Both the position numbers and the translations under genes were made by a program. Under the pieces are notes generated by a model, which saw only the letters and a list, made by a program, of their open reading frames with translations, was not told where the DNA came from and did no database searches. Source: Candidatus Peribacteria bacterium (GTDB lineage: Bacteria > Patescibacteriota > Gracilibacteria > Peribacterales > Peribacteraceae). From it: a stretch of DNA of 64,000 nucleotides. Where the stretch lies: NCBI GenBank assembly GCA_023038255.1, contig CP082927.1, positions 446,146 through 510,145 of the forward strand, written 5' to 3'. Each line of letters starts with the position of its first letter. Position 1 is the first letter of the stretch. Shown piece after piece: positions 17,081 to 25,364 of this stretch.

Positions 17081-18667
17081 TTATTTCGCCGTTTCCTCGA
17101 TTCTGCGCTCACGAATGACATTCACCTTGATGACGCCCGGGTATGTGAGCTCATTTTCGATCTTCTTGGCAATATCCTTCGCCAGACGTTCCTGGTTCAG
17201 ATCATCCACACGGGTTGTATCCACAAACACGCGGATTTCGCGGCCCGCAGAGAGAGCAAAGGCGCGGGAGACACCCTCGAAGGTCTTGGCCACTTCCTCG
17301 AGCTCGCGGAGACGCTTGAAGTAGTCCTCAATGGATTCGCGGCGTGCACCCGGACGTGCGCCGGAGATGGCATCAGCGGCAGCAACCACAAACGCTTCCG
17401 GGCTTTCCATCGGGATATCTTCGTGATGAGCAGCTACACAGTGAATGACCTCCGGACGGATTTTGTACCGCTTACAGATTTCCACACCAATCTCCACGTG
17501 CGTGCCCGTCACTTCATGGTCGAGCGCCTTTCCGATGTCGTGGAGCAGACAGCCTTCGACCACAATCTGCGGATCAGCCCCGATTTCCTCCGCCATCATG
17601 CGTCCGATCCCCGCCATTTCCACAGAGTGCTTGAGCACATTCTGGCCGTAGGATGTACGGAAGCGGAGGCGACCGATAATTTTCAGGAGGTCCTGCGGAT
17701 AGCCGACAATACCGAGTTCTTCCACTGCGCGCTTTCCGAATTCGAGCATCATCTTTCCCACTTCCTCTTTCTGCTTGAGGACAATTTCCTCAATGCGTGC
17801 CGGCTGAATGCGGCCGTCCTTCACCAGTTTTTCCATCGAGAGCTTCGCGACGTAGCGGCGTGCAAGGTCATAGCCGGAAATCACGATCACGCCTGGCGTA
17901 TCGTCAATAATGACATCCACACCGGTCGCCATTTCAAACGCGTTAATGTTGCGGCCTTCCTTTCCGATAATCTTTCCCTTCACGTCATCGCTCGGGAGCT
18001 GGACGACCGTTGCAGTCGATTCCGTTGCGACTTCCGAGGCATAGCGCTGCATGGCCTGGGCCATGAGATCTTTTGCTTTTTCTTCGGATTCCTCTTCCAT
18101 CTGTTCCCGCTTCAGCTTGATCTGCTGGGCAAAGAAACCGGAGAATTCCTCTTCGAGCTCTTTCTTCAGTTCCTCCTTGGCTTCAGCTTCATTGAGCTTG
18201 GCCACTTTTTCCAGAGCTTCGCGGTGCTGCTTCTGGGCATCTTTCAGTTCCGCTTTCAGTTCGGTGATTTCTTCCTCTTCTTTGGTAAGCATTTCACGCT
18301 GGCGCTCGACCTCTTTCACTTTGCCGTCGAGTCCTTTTTCTTTTTCCTCCAGACGTGCCTGGTCTTTTTCCAGCTTGGTCTGGAATTCATTCGCGCTCAA
18401 ACGCGCTTCAGAAATAATTTCTTTGGCTGTTGCCTTGGCCTCTGCTTCAGCGGCTTTAATCTGGGAGCGTGCATCGCTCAACTGGATCTTCACCTGTGTG
18501 AGTTCCTTTTCATACTGCTGGATTTCCGCCTGCAGGCCGCGGGAGATGGCTTTTCCTTTACTGAACCAGAACCATCCGGCGAGAAGTCCGAGAAACAGGC
18601 CCGCGAGCAGGCCGAGAAAGACGATTGTGTAATCCATAAGAGGGGGAAGGAGTGACAAATAGGGCAC
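17081..18667 (-). CDS. rny: ribonuclease Y
   Basis: 528 aa. N-terminal TM helix, long coiled coil, KH domain (GKIIGKEGRNI), HD domain (LLHDIGKA...AAHHED). Confidence 0.93.
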   Translation of the reverse strand: MPYLSLLPPLMDYTIVFLGLLAGLFLGLLAGWFWFSKGKAISRGLQAEIQQYEKELTQVKIQLSDARSQIKAAEAEAKATAKEIISEARLSANEFQTKLEKDQARLEEKEKGLDGKVKEVERQREMLTKEEEEITELKAELKDAQKQHREALEKVAKLNEAEAKEELKKELEEEFSGFFAQQIKLKREQMEEESEEKAKDLMAQAMQRYASEVATESTATVVQLPSDDVKGKIIGKEGRNINAFEMATGVDVIIDDTPGVIVISGYDLARRYVAKLSMEKLVKDGRIQPARIEEIVLKQKEEVGKMMLEFGKRAVEELGIVGYPQDLLKIIGRLRFRTSYGQNVLKHSVEMAGIGRMMAEEIGADPQIVVEGCLLHDIGKALDHEVTGTHVEIGVEICKRYKIRPEVIHCVAAHHEDIPMESPEAFVVAAADAISGARPGARRESIEDYFKRLRELEEVAKTFEGVSRAFALSAGREIRVFVDTTRVDDLNQERLAKDIAKKIENELTYPGVIKVNVIRERRIEETAK

Positions 18668-19057
18668 TCCGGCGAAGGTTCTGTGAGGAAACGAGGATCA
18701 GTCGTACGATGAACATCATCGCAACGGCGACGATCGAGAGAATCCAGAGGGAGAAGGCGCTTAGATGCATAAGAAGGATGCGAGCGTTCCGGTATCAATC
18801 GCGGAGTCGAAAAAAGTATAGCGATGCCGCATGCGGATAGCGAATGTTTCAGGAAGGAGCTCTGCAATTCAATTTTTCAGTATGGAGAGCCAAAAAGTCT
18901 TGCAAACATTTCTACAGTATGTCGCTCTGATGCGTTTTGTTCTTGAGAAGCCTAGAACAGCCGATTTGAGCAAAGGGAGGCGCAATACTCATACTCACTA
19001 TCGCGCTGATCGATCGATGCCATCCTTTCCTATCCGCCGGACTGGTGTGATAGCAAC

Positions 19058-22000
19058 ATGCACTCCTCCAAGCAGTACCCGCACAGAGTTTGTTCTGCCG
19101 TTAGCATTTTGATCTCATTTTGTGTTCAAATTTTGTGGCCACATACGGCCTTTGCAGATGATGTATACACAGGCACCGGCTCTGCACTGATGGGGGAGGC
19201 CCCGGTTGTATCAGCCTCATCCTCGTCTCTCTTGGCGCCTGCTTCTGTCGTGATTAGTGAAATCATGTGGATGGGTTCCGATAGAAGCACTGCTGATGAA
19301 TGGGTGGAAATTGCGGGCGTGACACCAGTGGGCAGTGTCGCCTCATCGCCACGGTCACTCAGTGGATGGACACTCACGACAGTCAAAGATGGAGGCATTG
19401 AATCTGTCATCGCCCGCTTCCCGGCATCGATCACTATTGCATCAGGCAGCTATCTGGTCCTGTCTAACTATGGAAAAGAGGCATCACGTCTCGCGATCGA
19501 TCCTACGATGACATCCACAACAATGAGTCTGCCCAATACAAAGCTCCTCCTGCGCCTGAGAGATGCACAGGGAGTGCTGATTGATGAAGCAGATGATGGA
19601 GTCGGCAATCCTTTTGCAGGTGCCAATCCCGCATCAAATGGTCCCAAGGCAAGCATGGAACGGATACATCTGCATCAACCAGGATCAGTCGCTCCCAACT
19701 GGCGCAGCGCAACAGAGAGCAGGGGATTTGATGAGGGGGTCCCAATATTCGGCACGCCAGGACAGGCGTCTGTCATCACCACCCCCATAATCAGTTCTTC
19801 ATCAAGTCAGTCATCTTCATCCTCGTTGGTCATCTCCTCATCTATCGCATCTTCTTCAGCATCGTTTTCAAGCGTATTTTCAGCAGAAATATCATCAAAT
19901 TTTTTAAGTCTACCTATTCATGTTCAGCCCTATTTAAAGCTAAAAATAAATGAACTACTTTCTAATCCAATAGGATCGGATGACTCTGAGTGGTTGGAGC
20001 TCAAAAACACAGGATCAGATCCGGTGAATTTGTCGGGTATGACGATCAGAGTCGGAACAGTCGGACAGAAAATTCGCGTCTCTGGATCAGGGATGATTGT
20101 ATCCGGCAGTGGGATCATCCTGATCCCCAAAAGCCTCGTCGGTTTCAGTCTGACGAATAATGGTGCGACAGTCCGGCTGGAATCCGGTTCCACTATTATT
20201 GATACCTTCACCTATCCGTCGTATCCCGATGGCGTGAGTGCAGGACGTGTGACGGGGGATGCGGGACCTGAGTCTGGAGAGGCATCGTCCGGAATTATTC
20301 CCTTTTGTGTCCCCACGCCGGGCGCCGACAACCTGATCATCCCTCCCGATCCGCAGATTGAGATTCAGTCCGGAAAGCCTGTCAGCCAGGCACCAGTCAC
20401 CCTGAATCTGTCGGTGACCGCAGGGAGTGGAGCCCTTGTCGGCGGCAGTTGCAGGTTCGATTTTGGAGACGGCTTTACGAGTGACAGTTGTAATCCTTCG
20501 TCACACACAATGAAGATAATTGGCGATTATACTATCAATATGGTATTTAATGATTACTGTGGTAATACAGTAACACGATCTGTTTCCGGGACGGTGACCT
20601 CGAAGCCATTCAGTATCCGCACTTCCGGAAAGCAGGCCAAGGGGAGTGTGCCTGCACTCTGTACCCCCTCTTCCTTCTCCGGAGTGAGCATCACGGAGCT
20701 TCTGCCAAACCCGAGTGGAGACGAGGAGGGAAGTGAGTGGATGGAGCTCCGGAATGACACCGATGAGTATCGTCCTCTGTGTGGCTGGTTTCTGGACGAT
20801 GGCGCCGGAGGCAGCCGACCCTTCTCCCTGGCTGCATACGAACTCCCGCCAAGGTCCATCATCGCCCTTCCCCGGAAGCAGTCGAAGATCGCGCTGAATA
20901 ATGATCATGATATGGTCCGTCTGATAGCGCCTCTCCCTGCGGGCGGAACAGGGGTTCTGCACACTGTTCTCTTCGACCATGCACCGGATGACGAATCCTA
21001 TGCAGTCGATGGGAGTGGCAGCTGGATCTGGACACCCTATCCAACACCAGGAACAGAGAATCGTTTTCAGCAGGCATCCAGCGTTTTTCAATCGTCACCT
21101 CTTCAGATCAGTGCTGCATTCCCAAACCCCCATGGCCCCGATACATGGGATGAATGGATTGAGATCACGAATACCGCAGGTTGGCCGATATGGCTGAATG
21201 GATGGACTATCCGCAATACACAGGGCAAAGAACTGGATCTGACTGGAACCGTTCTTTCCAAGCTTTCTACAAAGAAGATCTACCTATCCAGACTCAAATA
21301 CACACTCGGCAATGAACAGGAAACACTGGAGCTCGTCGATACAGACAGCGTTGTCCGCTCGATTCTCACCTGGAAAAATGCAAAAGAAGAAGCGATACAA
21401 AAGCAGTTTATGAGTCCAAAGAAGAAACAAAGTGTCCTCGTGCGGCAGATACTGGATGAAGAAACATTGTTGGTGCAAACAACCGATGACCCGGAGAGTC
21501 TTTTGAAAGTGAGACTTCTTGGAGTGGCATTCCCTCAAAACTCCAAAGAAAATGCAGATCTATCCTCTTTAAAAATAAAAAATGAATATTTCATAAGAAG
21601 CCTGATCATAAACAAAAAAATTGATCTAGAATTTGATTCAATACAAAAAGATGCCGATGGCATCACGCAGGCATATGTCTGGAAAGACGGAAAAAATCTG
21701 CAGCAGGAACTTCTGGTACGCGGACTCGTATCAGTGGATCCGTATGCTCAAAGCGGAAGGCTCCAGGAGTATGAGATCTACGAAGCTATGGCAAAAACCC
21801 TTCAAGAAGGATTGTGGCAGAGCGAGGTTCTTACTGCCTATGCAGATACCCAGAAAGTCGAAGCAGAGCACTGGAATGCCCTTCAGACGCGCGGGCTCAC
21901 CCTCAAAGCAGATCAGCCAGAAGGATTGATCGCATCGGGAACTGTGCTGCAGCTTCTGGCCAATCAGCCATCCAATCTCTATGTATCTATCAACAATGCT

Positions 22001-22789
22001 CCTTTCCGCATGCTCTCCGGAAGTATTCTTTTGGCATCCAATCAAACCATTCGTGCATATGCAGAAGCGCAGTTCTCCGATCGTAGCCCTGTCCGCAGTC
22101 CTGTTATTCAGAAAACCTTTATTGCCGATACCAAAGCTCCAAAGCGCGCCATCCGTATTAGTGAAGTCTATCCATCCCCACTGGCTGGAGAAGTGGAGTG
22201 GATAGAATTGGAGAACAGAACGTCTGAACCTGTCTCACTTGGAGGGTGGCAGTTGGATGATGCGGAAGGAAAAGGAAGCAAGCAGTGGATGATTCCTGCA
22301 GATGTAGTGATACCCGGTCATAGACGACTCCTTTTCCCCTTTGCTGTCACGAAAATCAGTCTAAGCAATAGCGGTGACGAAGTCAGATTGCTGTATCCCG
22401 CAGGAACACCCGCAGATACTGTTGTCTTTCAATCTGTGAAAAAGGGGAGGGCTGTGGCCTGGGATACCATCACTAGTCGCATTTGTCAGACCGATACACC
22501 GACACCGTTGGATGCAAATATTTGTTTTATAAAGAACAAAAAAAGTACTCAGAAAAAATCAAAGAAGAAAGCCATCAATAAGAAACAAATACAAATAAAT
22601 TCAGAGGTAGAAAAGAGTGTGCAGAAAAAAGAGAATAGCCTCTATAAGACACTGCTTGCGCAGATAGGTGCTACAAATGCAGTGGGTACGTATTCGCCTA
22701 TCTTTAGTCTACAAGACGGTCTTACCTTTATCTTTGTCCTGATGATTGGCTTATTTGCCGTATTTTTCTGGAAGAGAAATGATACATAG
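19058..22789 (+). CDS. giant secreted protein with five lamin-tail domains, a PKD domain, a degenerate SNase-like domain and a C-terminal TM anchor
   Basis: Signal peptide ...ILWPHTAFA. LTD motifs: ISEIMWMGSD..DEWVEI, INELLSNPIGSDDSEWLELKN, ITELLPNPSGDEEGSEWMELRN, ISAAFPNPHGPDTWDEWIEITN, ISEVYPSPLAGEVEWIELEN. PKD-like CRFDFGDGFTS. Thermonuclease-like KVRLLGVAFPQ...AYVWKDGKNLQQELLVRGL. C-terminal FIFVLMIGLFAVFFWKRNDT. Confidence 0.85.
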   Translation: MHSSKQYPHRVCSAVSILISFCVQILWPHTAFADDVYTGTGSALMGEAPVVSASSSSLLAPASVVISEIMWMGSDRSTADEWVEIAGVTPVGSVASSPRSLSGWTLTTVKDGGIESVIARFPASITIASGSYLVLSNYGKEASRLAIDPTMTSTTMSLPNTKLLLRLRDAQGVLIDEADDGVGNPFAGANPASNGPKASMERIHLHQPGSVAPNWRSATESRGFDEGVPIFGTPGQASVITTPIISSSSSQSSSSSLVISSSIASSSASFSSVFSAEISSNFLSLPIHVQPYLKLKINELLSNPIGSDDSEWLELKNTGSDPVNLSGMTIRVGTVGQKIRVSGSGMIVSGSGIILIPKSLVGFSLTNNGATVRLESGSTIIDTFTYPSYPDGVSAGRVTGDAGPESGEASSGIIPFCVPTPGADNLIIPPDPQIEIQSGKPVSQAPVTLNLSVTAGSGALVGGSCRFDFGDGFTSDSCNPSSHTMKIIGDYTINMVFNDYCGNTVTRSVSGTVTSKPFSIRTSGKQAKGSVPALCTPSSFSGVSITELLPNPSGDEEGSEWMELRNDTDEYRPLCGWFLDDGAGGSRPFSLAAYELPPRSIIALPRKQSKIALNNDHDMVRLIAPLPAGGTGVLHTVLFDHAPDDESYAVDGSGSWIWTPYPTPGTENRFQQASSVFQSSPLQISAAFPNPHGPDTWDEWIEITNTAGWPIWLNGWTIRNTQGKELDLTGTVLSKLSTKKIYLSRLKYTLGNEQETLELVDTDSVVRSILTWKNAKEEAIQKQFMSPKKKQSVLVRQILDEETLLVQTTDDPESLLKVRLLGVAFPQNSKENADLSSLKIKNEYFIRSLIINKKIDLEFDSIQKDADGITQAYVWKDGKNLQQELLVRGLVSVDPYAQSGRLQEYEIYEAMAKTLQEGLWQSEVLTAYADTQKVEAEHWNALQTRGLTLKADQPEGLIASGTVLQLLANQPSNLYVSINNAPFRMLSGSILLASNQTIRAYAEAQFSDRSPVRSPVIQKTFIADTKAPKRAIRISEVYPSPLAGEVEWIELENRTSEPVSLGGWQLDDAEGKGSKQWMIPADVVIPGHRRLLFPFAVTKISLSNSGDEVRLLYPAGTPADTVVFQSVKKGRAVAWDTITSRICQTDTPTPLDANICFIKNKKSTQKKSKKKAINKKQIQINSEVEKSVQKKENSLYKTLLAQIGATNAVGTYSPIFSLQDGLTFIFVLMIGLFAVFFWKRNDT

Positions 22790-22805
22790 AAAAGAGGGAG
22801 AAAAA

Positions 22806-22833
22806 TTGACTCCCTGAAAAATGGTACTAGTAT
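22806..22833 (+). promoter_or_regulatory. promoter of the orphan operon A-D
   Basis: TTGACT-N16-TAGTAT, 26 nt before ATG 22860. Confidence 0.45.
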
Positions 22834-22859
22834 CGCATACTTTCTTTCCCTTTTCTCTT

Positions 22860-24077
22860 ATGGCACCTGAAAACGAAATGCAGACAGTTGAATCGGAAAC
22901 GGAGCTTCCTACCGGACCTGCAAAGGGTGCCGACCAGCCAAAGATCCCACATTCTTTAAAAGAGGCGACGGAATTCGCAATACAGCGTATTGAAGCACTG
23001 ACTGGTTCTTTTAATAGCCAGTATCACCAGGCTATGCGTGAAGTGGATACTTTGGAGGACATGAGAATGGCTATTAGCGAGACAATGATTGATATGCGTC
23101 TTCAGTTAGATGCCGCATGGGATGTTCTGAAAAATATGGGGGCGAAACAGACGAATGAAAGGCGCAATGAACTTCGACTGCGTGGTTATAAGAGGCTATT
23201 TGAAGATTTTAGCTCCGTACGTTCTTTTGCTCGTACAACTCCTGAACGTCTAAAGCAGACAGCATTAGAAACACATGAACGAACTGACTTTGAAACAAGA
23301 AAAATTATTATTGATTATATTACTGCTTCTAAATTCGGTCCGTATCTCATGAAGCACTTTAAAGACGATGTGCATACGCTTCTTAATGAGCCATTTAATG
23401 CAACAATGCAGGAAGCCTTCAAGCAAAAGGTACTTGAGCATTTTCATAGTGATGATGATATTAATCCAGCAGATAGAAAAATGGCCGATCATAGTATTGA
23501 AAGCCTGATTGATACTCTGGAGCTTTTTGAAAATATGAAGGGTAACTCACATCTGTCGATCGCGTCATTGCATGCCATGTTCGGACGTGTTCTTTCTGAA
23601 GAGGAAATGGCTCAGATTTTTGAAAAGAACTATAAGGCAATTGCTAAAATTCCCGCAGGAAATATTCGCATTGTTCTGCCTGATACAAGCGTAGATTTTT
23701 ATCATGAACAAGGAGTGCCGCTTCCGAAAGAAGTGTTGGAAATGCTCAATGAAGATCCTAATGCACGTATTGTCCATGTCCATTACAGAACCGATTCCGA
23801 CATGGTCACGCTCTTTGCGGATATGAGCAAAGATGAATTCCTGACTGGAAAGACATGTGATGATGGGGAATGTGTGGAAATTGAAGGTCGGACTGATAGT
23901 CCTGATTTTGATATTCTCAAGGCGCCTGAAAGTCTGCTTCAAAAACTCCGCACTGCCATTGTCGTGACAAATGAATCTGAAGATGAAATCAATACTCTTC
24001 TTAAAAAAGAGTTCTTGAAAGCTCCCATGAAGTATTTGAGTCATGACATTGTCTTCAGTGCCAAAGGAAATCAGTAA
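22860..24077 (+). CDS. orphan protein A (405 aa), no recognisable domain
   Basis: Long ORF. The track start at 22821 lies inside the predicted -10 element, so ATG 22860 (MAPENEMQ...) is preferred. Helical and charged, with no signal peptide. Confidence 0.7.
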   Translation: MAPENEMQTVESETELPTGPAKGADQPKIPHSLKEATEFAIQRIEALTGSFNSQYHQAMREVDTLEDMRMAISETMIDMRLQLDAAWDVLKNMGAKQTNERRNELRLRGYKRLFEDFSSVRSFARTTPERLKQTALETHERTDFETRKIIIDYITASKFGPYLMKHFKDDVHTLLNEPFNATMQEAFKQKVLEHFHSDDDINPADRKMADHSIESLIDTLELFENMKGNSHLSIASLHAMFGRVLSEEEMAQIFEKNYKAIAKIPAGNIRIVLPDTSVDFYHEQGVPLPKEVLEMLNEDPNARIVHVHYRTDSDMVTLFADMSKDEFLTGKTCDDGECVEIEGRTDSPDFDILKAPESLLQKLRTAIVVTNESEDEINTLLKKEFLKAPMKYLSHDIVFSAKGNQ

Positions 24078-24119
24078 GCCAAGTCCTAGCGCAAAACTTG
24101 TCATTTTTTAATTATTGTG

Positions 24120-24148
24120 TTGAAAAATAACTTAAAAAGTGTTATAAT
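24120..24148 (+). promoter_or_regulatory. promoter of gene B, predicted leaderless
   Basis: TTGAAA-N17-TATAAT with a TGt extended -10. The -10 ends 7 nt before ATG 24156. Confidence 0.55.
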
Positions 24149-24155
24149 TTCAATC

Positions 24156-25304
24156 ATGACAAATGAAAAATCTCTAGGTGTTTTGGAGAAATTGGGAAGA
24201 GAGGCTGGAGATGAGTTGGCAGACGGATTGTATTCGGGAAAGATGACGCCGGAAAAAGCCGCAGCCATCAGGAAGAGGATTAATACTGAAATCGCATCTA
24301 AGAAAGCAGAATTTATCAAGGGGTTTTTAACCAGGTTGAAAGAGAGAATCCCAGTCGTTGGTGATGCAGTGTCTGAAGAGGAGGAAGAGGTGATGCGTTC
24401 TATTGAGGAACTTATTCAAGAAAATAGAAAATCTTTTGGAATTGAAGAAAATACCGAAGAGACAGAAGCAGTTGAGGATTTCGGCACCACCGAAAAACCT
24501 GACGACTGGGATGCATTGATTGAAAAATATACGGGCCCGGAATGGATTGCATCTATTGAAAAGCAGTCACTGGAAAAACAAGTGGACGATGCGTGGGGAG
24601 CATCCAATCTTCTTGCATACAACATTTCCCTGGACGATCGTGAGGACCTCGAACAGTATGTACAGGGACGGTATGAACATATTGATGGTTTTGATGCAAC
24701 AGCGAAGGGCGCTGTTGCAGGTTTTGTGAAAAAAACGAGTGACATGAGAAAATCGCTGGCATCCAGCAGAATTGTGAGCCAGAGACTGAGTGAAGAGAAG
24801 GCTGGAGCGGATAAGTCAGAAAAAACAGAAGACAAAACTGATCAGAATAAGCTGGAAGAAAAGTCTGCAGATGAGAAGCAGAAAGTCGATGTGGAGAAAG
24901 ATGGAAAAGGAGGTTCTGAAGGTGCTGGTACAGGAAAGACTCAAAAAGATCAGAAGCCAAAAGAAGATAAAAAAACTGCCACAAAGCCAACAACATTTGC
25001 CAATCCGTATAAAGCGCCGAAGTCCGATCCGCACACTGCCACTGCGAAAATGCAGATTCATGAAAGAATCCATGGAAGTAGTAGCATGTGGGGATTTGCG
25101 CTGTCGAAGATGGCAGGTGGTGTAAAAGATCTGACAAAACCAGCCCAGGCGCCGGCCGCCAAGGAAAATCCTGCTGCCCCTGCAAAGGCGCCAGAGCCCG
25201 CAAAACCTGCTGAAACCAAGGCAGCGGCCAATGGAAAAGACGCAAAACCCGACGCAAAAGACGCAAAAGCGCCTGCTGCCGGGGAAAAAGGAAAAGGGCA
25301 CTAA
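24156..25304 (+). CDS. orphan protein B (382 aa), acidic with a Lys/Pro/Ala-rich disordered tail
   Basis: The track start (GTG 24117) overlaps the -35 box. ATG 24156 lies 7 nt after TATAAT, so the mRNA is predicted leaderless. The tail is KPAQAPAAKENPAAPAKAPEPAKPAETKAAANGKDAKPDAKDAK. Confidence 0.7.
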   Translation: MTNEKSLGVLEKLGREAGDELADGLYSGKMTPEKAAAIRKRINTEIASKKAEFIKGFLTRLKERIPVVGDAVSEEEEEVMRSIEELIQENRKSFGIEENTEETEAVEDFGTTEKPDDWDALIEKYTGPEWIASIEKQSLEKQVDDAWGASNLLAYNISLDDREDLEQYVQGRYEHIDGFDATAKGAVAGFVKKTSDMRKSLASSRIVSQRLSEEKAGADKSEKTEDKTDQNKLEEKSADEKQKVDVEKDGKGGSEGAGTGKTQKDQKPKEDKKTATKPTTFANPYKAPKSDPHTATAKMQIHERIHGSSSMWGFALSKMAGGVKDLTKPAQAPAAKENPAAPAKAPEPAKPAETKAAANGKDAKPDAKDAKAPAAGEKGKGH

Positions 25305-25325
25305 AACAGATGTCCAAAGAAGCTC

Positions 25326-25354
25326 TTCCGCAAGAAGGCGTTTTTTGGTATACT
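25326..25354 (+). promoter_or_regulatory. promoter of gene C, near-leaderless
   Basis: TTCCGC-N17-TATACT with a TGG extended -10. It ends 10 nt before ATG 25365. Confidence 0.45.
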
Positions 25355-25364
25355 ATTAAGATTT

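Noticed and set aside
17423-18655. 410-aa ORF antisense to rny
   Set aside because: Same reasoning. It lies opposite the RNase Y coiled-coil, KH and HD regions, and the peptide is Phe/Leu-rich nonsense.
18668-19057. A possible ncRNA or small membrane-protein ORF (18558..18770, minus) in the 390-nt rny upstream region
   Set aside because: The ORF overlaps the rny N-terminus by more than 100 nt in another frame. I could find no conserved ncRNA motif (tmRNA, SRP, 6S, riboswitch cores) and no strong structure, so the region is left unannotated.
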